Origin: Rebecca billardiae RCC1528
Taxonomy: Eukaryota > Protista > Haptophyta
Direction of reading: 5' to 3'
Assembly: GCA_965240325.2 (NCBI GenBank)
Contig: CBDEKP020000003.1
Coordinates: 1 to 22,701, forward strand
Length of the DNA: 22,701 bases
Both the position numbers and the translations under genes were made by a program. Of the stretch, positions 11,417-20,017 are shown piece by piece (within the stretch, counting starts at the first letter, position 1; every line of letters starts with the position of its first letter). The notes beneath the pieces were generated by a model. It was not told the DNA's origin and did not search any database. It saw only the letters and a list, made by a program, of their open reading frames with translations.

Positions 11417-12571
11417 TCACGGCTGTGGCTCCGAGGCGCTGGCACGAGAGCGCTTCTGCGACGAGCGGGGAGGCACTGTGGCCACCTGCTGCCGAAGCGC
11501 GGTGACGATGAAGGTGGCCGATAGGCTCAGCCTCACCGCACCGGACGGGTACGGAGGGAGCACACCATGCTCGACCTTCGAGCCCTCGAAGGTGGAGCAT
11601 ACCCCGTGGCCTCGAACACAGCACATCCGGTGCGGGTTGAGGTCGAGCTCAGCAGAGTCGCTCTCGCGCGGTGGCGGCGCATCCTTCGCAGGCTGCGCCT
11701 CGCCATGCGGGTAGCGCATTGGCTTCCGCGGCGCGAAAGCGAGCCAGAGCTCGGCTCGGTCTACGAAGCAGCTCCCCGAGCACCATCCGACGACAGCTGT
11801 CACCTGCCGGTCGTCCGGCCCCTGACCTGGGAGCGCCGTGTCAGTGTGGCTGAGCCCGGCACCTGCCTCAGCCAGCTTGTCCGGGCAGCATGCGTACAGG
11901 TTGACGGTGATGAAGCGCAGCTGCGCTTCGCACTGGGTGCCGCCACTGCTCGCGTGCTCCTCCGCGCAGCGCGCCATGTCCTCGAGAATTCGGCCCAGCG
12001 GGCTGCCGCCACGCGGTGCTGTGAAGTCGGAGGCGGCGGTAATGAGCGACGCGTGCGTCGTGGTGTCGTCGTGCTTGTCACGCGTCGGCACGAGGCCCAC
12101 CGCAGCGAGCGCGGCATACGCCTGCGCGTACGTGTGCAGCTCACCGCCTGGCTCGAGCGCCTGGAGGCTCTGCCATCGAACCTTGAGGACACCTCGGAGC
12201 CGAACAGAGTGAGCCACACGCTCGGCCGCGCCGCGTGTGCGCACCAATCGCATGTCGCGCACACGCAGCCCTCGCTCCGTCCGGTTGTTCGCGAGCTTGG
12301 CGCTCCACACCCGCCCAAGCCCCTCGCCCGACTCGATGCTGTCGGCGAGCTTCGCCTCCAAGCGCGCGCCGCACGCGCCTGCCGCGCCGACCGCTGCTCC
12401 TAGCGCTATCGCGACCCTGATGCCACCTTCGCGGCCGGCTTTCGCGCAGTGGGTGCGAGCTCCTTTGTACGCGAGACGCACTGGCTTCAGCAACTCGGCA
12501 ACGCGTCGGTCAGGCCCGGGGCGCATCTCCTCTCCCCCGCCGCTGCGCGGTGGGGCCCCTCTCGGTTGCAT
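11417..12571 (-). CDS. Putative 2-oxoglutarate/Fe(II)-dependent dioxygenase (AlkB-like DSBH fold), divergent
   Basis: Uninterrupted ORF (track start TTG 12610; first ATG 12571). The C-terminal half has the motifs in the correct order: FITVNLY (NxY), LSHTD (HxD), VTAVVG strand, EHGV (distal His), RLSLSATF (RxS 2OG-binding strand). Confidence 0.68.
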   Translation of the reverse strand: MQPRGAPPRSGGGEEMRPGPDRRVAELLKPVRLAYKGARTHCAKAGREGGIRVAIALGAAVGAAGACGARLEAKLADSIESGEGLGRVWSAKLANNRTERGLRVRDMRLVRTRGAAERVAHSVRLRGVLKVRWQSLQALEPGGELHTYAQAYAALAAVGLVPTRDKHDDTTTHASLITAASDFTAPRGGSPLGRILEDMARCAEEHASSGGTQCEAQLRFITVNLYACCPDKLAEAGAGLSHTDTALPGQGPDDRQVTAVVGWCSGSCFVDRAELWLAFAPRKPMRYPHGEAQPAKDAPPPRESDSAELDLNPHRMCCVRGHGVCSTFEGSKVEHGVLPPYPSGAVRLSLSATFIVTALRQQVATVPPRSSQKRSRASASEPQP

Positions 12572-12767
12572 ATGAAGCCTCTCCTCCTCTTCGCCCGCTC
12601 CCGCTGTCAAGGGCCGTATTGCCCACTCCGCGTTTCGTCGCGCTCAACGATTCACGAAAGGGCTCGACCCGATACCCCCACTGGTGAAAGCCGGCGATGA
12701 GCGGATCACAATTCACGTACTCACCACTACTCGTTCGTCGAAGAGCTCATGCTCAACGGTACGTACA

Positions 12768-12890
12768 AGTACAGTTTACTCAAGAGGATAAGAGACGCAC
12801 ACCGCTCATGATCAGGCAGGCGATCGAGATTGACGCTCGCCAACTGTTGACTTATCAAAAACAGAGATGCACACAGCTCAGACAGGCGAT
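12768..12890 (+). repeat. Dispersed direct repeat (AGTACAGTTTACT...GAGACGCACAC...CAGGCAGGCGA), one full and one partial copy
   Basis: 12768-12831 matches 14710-14760 with indels; a second partial copy GAGATGCACACAGCTCAGACAGGCGA lies at 12864-12889. Confidence 0.7.
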
Positions 12891-14709
12891 ATAATAATCA
12901 TCAAAGGCCGCTCGGGTCCCGTCAATCCACTTGTAATAAGAATACCATACTCCGTCACCACTATGATTCTGACTGATGCAACTGAGTACGGTCGTCTGTC
13001 CCGCAACGTCGGGGCCCCGGAGCGCTGCAGATTCACGATCATTCTGGTATATTCCGGTACTCTCACTCGTCCGCTCTGTCCCGAAACAGCCGTCGGAGGT
13101 GGCCGTTTTCGCCCGATTTTTGTGTTCCGGGCCCGAGAGTCCGGGTGCGAGAGTGCACGCAATCGGAAGGACGCGGACGGCGGCGCGCGAGAGCACCTTG
13201 CTGCTAGACGCCTCGATGTAGGTTGCGGTTTTCGACGGCGGTACCCGCGGGGCGTTCTGCGGGCTCGAGTGCGCCCGCACACGATATCTCCACACGGTAC
13301 AGCCCCCCTCTTCTCTGTCGCACGCGTTGGAGACAGCACGTGCGCCCCCACGGGCGCCGTCGGACGGCGACCGATTCTCTGACCGACCCAGACCCATCCT
13401 GCCCGAGCGGGGGACTGCATCCAAGCTCGGCCTGGCGCCTAGCCTGCTCGGACGATGACCCATGGCCCACGCTCTGCTGCCGACCGCGAAGCCGGCCGAG
13501 CCGCGGCGTCGGTTTGTCGGCCTGGCCCCGCCGCAGACGATCGTTGCCTGAACTATGACTCGGCGCGTGACTGGCGCAGCCTCCGGCGGCGGCCCGCCGC
13601 TTGAGCGCATCGCCCAGCACTCGCTGAGTGATTGTCGCTAGGCATCTTGCTCGTGTACATCACCGCCACCTCCGGCGAGGCGAGGCGAGCCATCCGTTCA
13701 GATTCACGCGGCTCGTCATCGGACCGTCCGCGCGCTCGCGTCAAGGTGCAGTGTCGCTCGTGCCGGCGCGGGAGGCGCGCGCAGGCGCGACATGGGTCTG
13801 GATGCCTCCCGCCCCGCCCCCCCCCCCATCAACACCCGTCTCGAGCATGTCCTGCTCATGCCATCGATCAATTGAGTCGAGTGGTGGGTTCACTTGCTTC
13901 GTGGCCGCACGGGTCGCCGCGCAGCATCGGCCTCCGCATACAAGCGTTCTGCCGCGCGGGGTTGGGGCGTCGGCTCGGGACCGCCTGTAAGCCCCAGCAC
14001 CGCATGCGTGCGCGCTGCGCTCTTGCTATCAGCGATCGCTCGGGACGCACCTGCGTCCGCACACGCAAGCGCAACGGGTGAGTGCTGACTCACGCGTTGT
14101 CGTTGTCAGGTCGCGCAGCCAGCCTGGGTCCGGTGCGACCTCAGGCGTAGCTCGCTCGACGCACGTGCGTCCAGCCGCTGCCACTGCCACTGCCTTGCCT
14201 GCGCTGGCTACCGACCCCGCCCCGCCCCCCCATCATACCTGTCTCAAGCCATCCCAGCTCTTGCGGCGGTTGCGTCGCCTTTCGGCGGTAGGCGGTGTCG
14301 CGCGCTTCCTGATCTCGCCCCGAGATCGCTTGCTCGAACCAAGGGAACCAATCAACCGAACCACAGTATTAATATTATTGCGTGGCCTTTATTCATCGGC
14401 GGGTTGGCGACATACCGACGCCCGACGGTGATGAGTAGTGTGCGTGCATATCATTGTGAAGATGCGTCTGATTTCTCAAACTCGAGCACACCTATGTGGT
14501 GATTGGGTGATCGGAGCTGGGTGAACATCCGTGATTTATTCAGCGCCGCTCGTGGGCAATACCACGCTCGTGTTCATTGCGACCTCCTTCTATGATAAAG
14601 TACTCCGATGCGGGAATCTTTCAAGAGGTCCAGCACCTTGAGCCCGAGATCGTCAATCACCCAATAATCCGGACTTACCATACTCACTGTGTCGTGCAAT
14701 CCTAGAATG

Positions 14710-14760
14710 AGTACAGTTTACTAAGAATAGGAGACGCACACAGCTCAGGCAGGCGAGATT
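14710..14760 (+). repeat. Dispersed direct repeat, copy upstream of the ZnF-ASCH ORF
   Basis: AGTACAGTTTACTAAGAATAGGAGACGCACACAGCTCAGGCAGGCGAGATT, ending ~76 bp before ATG 14837. Confidence 0.7.
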
Positions 14761-14836
14761 CAGTACCTGGTAGGAGCCACGTGCTCTGCCTTCAACCAGG
14801 GCCCAGGCGGGTCCGCGCCTCCGCGGGCGCCACACA

Positions 14837-15649
14837 ATGCTCACCGAGACGTCCTACAAGCCCGTGGTGTTTGCGGCGGAGCCCTCCTCCAAGTGCTGCT
14901 TATGCGGCGTGCACGCCAAGGATGCGTTCTCCCTGAGCGTTCACGTTGACATGCGCCATCGCTCCTACGTGTGCTGCTCGGTGCTGTTCCTCGGTCGCGC
15001 GGCATGGCTCGCGCACCAACGTGACGCACACCCGTCCGGGCGCGCGCCTCGCCAGCAGGCGCCCAGGGAGTACCGCCCTTCGGCCCCGCGTCGCGGGCCT
15101 GCGCCGCGCCCGACCCCACCGCTGGAGCTGGCGGCGCCCAGCAGCTCCATGCGTCTCGTCACCGTCCACGCGCCGTCGGTGCAGTGCGTCGCGCTCGGGT
15201 GGAAGCCAGAGAATGTCTATTGGTACGAGGCAGGGCTGGCCGACTCGGTGATCGCCATTCGCGCGGGCAGTGCATACGCGCATGCGCGCCTGCCCACGCA
15301 GGTGAGGCAGGCGCTCGACGGTGTCGCCGCCGAGCACGGGCTGCGGCTGGCGCAGCTCGGGGGCGCCGCTCCCGTCCAAGGCAGCATCGTGGCCGTTGGC
15401 GTCGTGGCCGGCGTGCATCGCGCCTCCAATGCGTGTGCGTACTTCCGATTCTCCGTCGTGTTCAAGCAGATCTACCTACTCACGCGGCCGGTGCGGCGCG
15501 TGCGCGTTTGCGCTCGCGGGCTGTCGACCGTGGATGAGCGCGACCGCCAGCGGATCATGGCTGCACTACACTCGGCGCGGGGCCCTCCAGTGCATCAGTT
15601 GGACGATGCCGCGCGGGTGGCCTTTGCACGTGCGGTGTGGCCCTGCTGA
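14837..15649 (+). CDS. Tandem C2H2 zinc finger protein with a C-terminal ASCH (ASC-1 homology/PUA-like) domain
   Basis: ATG start. CCLC-x12-H-x4-H and YVCC-x12-H-x4-H fingers, then a Pro/Arg linker. The C-terminal MRLVTVHAP..VALGWK....W......VIAIRAG...GSIVAVGVV...VVFKQIYLLTRPV....ARGLSTV is colinear with the ASCH consensus (MKaLSi+qP..IxxGxK.iEnRxW....lIHA...GaIvG.v...w.l....l..Pvp.rG..Glw). Fingers are confident; ASCH is moderate. Confidence 0.72.
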   Translation: MLTETSYKPVVFAAEPSSKCCLCGVHAKDAFSLSVHVDMRHRSYVCCSVLFLGRAAWLAHQRDAHPSGRAPRQQAPREYRPSAPRRGPAPRPTPPLELAAPSSSMRLVTVHAPSVQCVALGWKPENVYWYEAGLADSVIAIRAGSAYAHARLPTQVRQALDGVAAEHGLRLAQLGGAAPVQGSIVAVGVVAGVHRASNACAYFRFSVVFKQIYLLTRPVRRVRVCARGLSTVDERDRQRIMAALHSARGPPVHQLDDAARVAFARAVWPC

Positions 15650-15688
15650 CCGCGAGCCAGGCTCCATCGATGCGGCCGCCGGCTCGTA

Positions 15689-17621
15689 CCAGGTCGTTCC
15701 CCCTGCACTGGGAATCCGCGGTTTGGACATACGAGAAAAACAGCCGCAGGACGCACCCGTCGCTACCCGCGAATAAGATTTTCAGGTCTCGCGGGTGCGG
15801 ATGTGCGTCAATCGATGAGCTGGTCTCGCAATCCCAAAATTGAGCCGCAATGAGATAGATGGTGCAGGGAGCCCCCGGCCGGTGGCGGCTCGGCAGGCGA
15901 GGGCCGACCAAATCTTGACCTTTGCCCTCGGCGGCAGGGCGGGCAGGCGAAGGCGGCCGAGCGCCGTTGGCGGCCGGCGCGCCCGGGGCACGGCGCTGCG
16001 GGCGCGGATGTGCTCGCGGAGCCGGCTTGCGTGGACAGGCTGTTGCGGGAGAGTATATGGCGCCCTCCTGCGCCGCGCGTCTCGCGCCACGCCTCTTTTC
16101 GCCGCGGCTCAGGGCAGCGCGCACGCGCGCGCCGCCTCGGAGGCCAGGGCCGCACCGTGCCCGCGCCGCAGCCGCAACCGCGCGCGCGCCGTGCGCGGCG
16201 TGGTCGGGAAGGAACGGGGGGTGCTGCCGGGCGAGATGACGACATCATGTGCGCACGCCATGCCGCCCCGCGGCGCCGCGAAAGGGCACGATAACGGATC
16301 CGCACAGCTGTTGACGAGTGCTGATTTCTTGTCGTGCCTGAAGCCAGACCTCGGAGCTCGAAGAAGATGATGAAAGTGCATCCGCGCGAGGAAAGCGTCG
16401 CACCCAGCACTTCTACACGACCACGTGGTGATGAACATTCATGTAAGAGTATCCCGCGTGCCCGCTTGGCACTGTTCTGTGTCTCAATGATCGTCCCGGC
16501 AAGGGTCACGACGGCGAGGCCGTGGCACACCATTCATAGTGTGACAACTCGAAGAGGCGTGCAAACGGACCAGCGACACGCTCGGCAAGGCGTGGCGGGG
16601 CGGCATGGCGTGCGCACATGATATCGCCATCTCGCCCGGCAGCCGTGCCCGTTCCTTCCCGACCACGCCGCGCACGGCGCGCACGCGGTCGGCTGCGGCG
16701 CAGGCAAGGCTGGCCTTGAGGCGACGCGCCGCGTGCGCGCTGCCCTGAGCCGAGGCGAAAGAGGCGTGGCGCAAGTCGCGCGGTGCAGGAGGGCGGCAGA
16801 TACTCTCCCACAACAGCCCGTCCACGCACGCCGGCTCCGCAAGCACATCCGCGCCCGCAGCGCCCTGGCCCGGGCGCGGCCCCCAGCGGTCACGACCGCC
16901 GCCGCGAGGCCGCGTGCACACCATTTGTGACAACTCGAAGAGGCGTGCAAATGGACCAGCGACACGCTCGGCAAGGCGTGGCGGGGCGGCATGGCGTGCG
17001 CACATGATATCGCCATCTCGCCCGGCAGCCGCGCCCGTTCCTTCCCGACCACGCCGCGCACGGCGCGCGCGCGGTCGGCTGCGGCGCAGGCCGAAGGCTG
17101 GCCCCGGAGGCGGCGCGCGCGTGCGCGCTGCCCTGAGCCGAGGCGAAAGAGGCGTGGCGCAAGTCGCGCGGCGCAGGAGGGCGGCAGATACTCTCCCGCA
17201 ACAGCCCGTCCACGCACGCCGGCTCCGCAAGCACATCCGCGCCCCCCAGCGCCGGGCCAGCTGCATCGCACTCGCCGCCCGGCCGCAGGCGCAGGGGGCG
17301 GGTCAGAATCGGTGCTCCGCACCCGCGGGAGGGCTCCCGCCTCCGCGGTTGCACGCGAAGAACTCATTTCCAGCGCCTCGATTTCGTGAGCGGACTATCG
17401 CTGACGAGGCTGATTACTGCGTTCCACGGCTTTGCCGCGCTCGGGATTTGGGTTCTCTAATGGATGGATGTACTTTCGTCATTTTCAATTGGAAACCTCG
17501 ATTAGATCGTTCAAGTGGTCTGATAGAGCAAGCGGAAGAATAAATCTGCGTTGCTATGCCGCGGCCTCGTGCTCTGAATAGTGCGAAACCGCGGATTCCC
17601 AGTGCAGGGGGAACGACCTGG
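15689..17621. mobile_element. Non-autonomous TIR DNA transposon, Tc1/mariner-type (TA target), 1933 bp
   Basis: Perfect 36-bp TIRs CCAGGTCGTTCCCCCTGCACTGGGAATCCGCGGTTT at 15689-15724 and 17586-17621. TA lies on both sides (15687-88, 17622-23). No transposase ORF inside. Confidence 0.85.
15992..17245. repeat. Internal ~280-bp module: one forward copy (15992-16271) and two inverted copies within a ~386-bp tandem duplication (~16504-16887, ~16888-17245)
   Basis: GGCGCTGCGGGCGCGGATGTGCT... is mirrored ending at ~16865 and ~17244. GTGACAACTCGAAGAGGCGTGCAAA occurs at 16541 and 16927. Confidence 0.85.
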
Positions 17622-17694
17622 TAATACGGTGAACCAGGTATGACGACCGCGCAGCTTCTACCGTCGAGTCTGACTCTGGGGACCTGCTCGTGCG

Positions 17695-17788
17695 TATATC
17701 TATATATATATATACATTTAGTAGATCAAGATTAATTACATATATATGATATATTTCAAATATATATGATATATATATACATCATATG
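17695..17788. repeat. Interrupted (TA)n / AT-rich patch
   Basis: TATATCTATATATATATATACATTTAG...ATATATATGATATATATATAC in an otherwise GC-rich background. Confidence 0.85.
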
Positions 17789-18586
17789 TGTCCTCCTGCC
17801 TGCATGAAGACAGCGACGCGACGCCATATTGTGATTGAGTATCCTGCAATTCGGAGTCACTCATCAATCACCCGGTTGGTAAGTTGCCACGCCGACTGAA
17901 GATGACCTTGGGTAGTATGATCTCCAGCGCCGGATAGTAGTGCGGACGGGACGGGAGCGGGTACTAGTATAAGTAGTAGTACTCAGAGGAATGAGCCCGA
18001 GTCGGTCAAGGGGCACTACTAGGTACAGTAACGCGCCTCGCGGCCTGCCATGCCCGTGCTAACTCAGCGTGCCCTCCCGCGCCGCCGCCGGACACTGCCG
18101 CTCGGCGCCGCGGTTGCGCGTCCGTATTTGAAGTTGATGGCCCGCCGCAGCCGTTCGATTCAACAACGATTAACGAGATTGTGAGCTGTACCTAAGCCAA
18201 GCAGCCTCCACGGGTCAGCAGCTGACTGTACAGTGATGAGACTTACTCCGTCAATATTGCATATATATAATACTATTATAATAAAAGCTGAGACTGAGTG
18301 GCGGCCGGCGTCACGCGATCCGGTTCGCGGGTTTCCGCGTTTTCGGGCACGTGCATCTGAATAGCGGACAATCCGGCTGCATCCGCGCTGGCTACGAGTC
18401 GTCAGCTCAGGCGTCACTGTGACTGTCGTCACTGAGTCGCCAACCGCCGGCGGGCGCCAAGAGCACGGGGGATCCCTCGATCGACTCGCACACGTCCACG
18501 CGGATGCCCCCGGGAGGTGCCCGGTGGCGGTGCCTGGCAGCGTGCCGCGCCGCCGTCGAGTACCCTCGTCACTGAGTCTGGACTCG

Positions 18587-19660
18587 TCAGACGGCTGAGG
18601 GCCCAAGCCCGAGCTCGAAGCTGCGGGGGATGATCGTCTTTGTGAGCATCTCGTACGCCATCCACTGGCGGATGCTCGGGATCTGCGCCTGCGAGAAGTC
18701 GAGCTTGCGGCCGAAGACCAGGCAGCGCACGTACATGCACACGAACACGCCGCAGTCGAAGCCGTTGCCCTGCACGGGCGCGTCGTCGCGCAGCACGCTC
18801 GGCCAGTGTGACACGTCGACATGCGCGCCGTACTTGGTGTGCCATTCCTCGGCGAGCCACGGGCGGAGCAGCCGCGCGCACGAGGGGTGCCGCGGACGGT
18901 ACGAGTCAAGGAGCTCGAAGCGCTTCGCCTTCAGGTCGATGGCGGCGAGCACCCAGTGCGCCTGCCCCAGGTTGATCGGCACGAGAATGCGCTGGTACCT
19001 GCGCAGGTCGACGTCCTTCGTCCAGCGGCGCACGCCGTCGTAGTCGTACGCAGCTGTGTCAGTCGCCCTGGCGAGGCGGGTGTAGAAGAAGCAGCTCATC
19101 ACGTGCGCGCGGTGCGCCATCCTCGGCCGCTGCTTGGCATACTTGTCTAGCATGCCCAGGTAGACGTTGATGAGCTCATCGTTCAGCCACTCGCCCCGCC
19201 GCATGCGCGCCATGCACTGCCGGGTGACGTTGTTCCCGCGGAGCGAGACGAGCACCTCAAGGGGGCGCTTGCGGCAGCTCGAGCGATCGAGCGCGTCGCG
19301 TACCGCGCGCGCCTCGTCGCCCCCGACCGACCACGGCGAGTGCCGGGCCCTGGTCCGCCTGAACGCACGCCTGCGCAGGAAGCCCCATGCCGATGACCGT
19401 AGTCGCAGGCGGCCGATTTGGCGCAGGGCGCTGAGCGCGTCGACGGCGGAGACGAATGACCTGCGCCGGTGGCGCCGCGCCGGGCGATGCTCGGCGAACC
19501 CGCCACCCGCGGGACGCCACCGAGAGCTGCGGGCCCTACTCGGCCACTGCCACGACGGCGCCATCTGCTCACGCGGCTTTTTAAGCCCGGCTTTCTCGAG
19601 CAGTGACAGTAGCCAGCCGGACGCCGGTCGCTCAGCACCCGACGCCGTCAGATTCGTCAT
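18587..19660 (-). CDS. ULP1: Ulp1/SENP family SUMO-specific cysteine protease (peptidase C48), with a basic N-terminal extension
   Basis: Signature motifs WLNDELINVY, MSCFFY, VRRWTK, ILVPIN..AHW (catalytic His), LLDS, PVQGNGFDCGVF (oxyanion Gln and catalytic Cys), DFSQAQIP.IR. The domain is uninterrupted. The symbol is a family-level call only. Confidence 0.95.
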   Translation of the reverse strand: MTNLTASGAERPASGWLLSLLEKAGLKKPREQMAPSWQWPSRARSSRWRPAGGGFAEHRPARRHRRRSFVSAVDALSALRQIGRLRLRSSAWGFLRRRAFRRTRARHSPWSVGGDEARAVRDALDRSSCRKRPLEVLVSLRGNNVTRQCMARMRRGEWLNDELINVYLGMLDKYAKQRPRMAHRAHVMSCFFYTRLARATDTAAYDYDGVRRWTKDVDLRRYQRILVPINLGQAHWVLAAIDLKAKRFELLDSYRPRHPSCARLLRPWLAEEWHTKYGAHVDVSHWPSVLRDDAPVQGNGFDCGVFVCMYVRCLVFGRKLDFSQAQIPSIRQWMAYEMLTKTIIPRSFELGLGPSAV

Positions 19661-20017
19661 CCACGTGAGTCCGGCAAGCGGTATACCACGACTAGGCTGT
19701 CTGCCAACTACACAGGGTCCGCAGTGTCACGATCAGCCCAGTGCCGCCGCAATCAGAGTGGGCTACACACGTTGTACACACGCACACACACACGCGTCCT
19801 CATTCATTCGGCTGGTCGGACCCTAGCCCCCGCCCGGCAGCAGCCGGCATGCTGCTGGCGCGTCGGACCATCAGCTCGTGCCAGCGCCCGAGCGGCAGCC
19901 GGCCCGCGCTGGGAGCCGTTCGCACGGCAACCGCGCTGCATGCTCGTGAGCAGCGCTCTGCAGCCGGGCGCTCGAGCCTCCCGCTCGAGCGAGAGCTGCC
20001 GGTGCGACCCGAGGCGC

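Noticed and set aside
12698-12713. TGAGCGGATCACAATT resembles the lac operator
   Set aside because: Short imperfect match with no vector or lac context; most likely chance.
12855-13610. Overlapping ORFs 12855..13610(-), 12867..13382(+) and 12878..13420(-)
   Set aside because: No motif favours any frame, and their ends overlap the dispersed repeat.
17395-17460. Hammerhead ribozyme core (CTGACGA), also checked at other CTGANGA sites
   Set aside because: No properly placed GAAA or stem II could be found.
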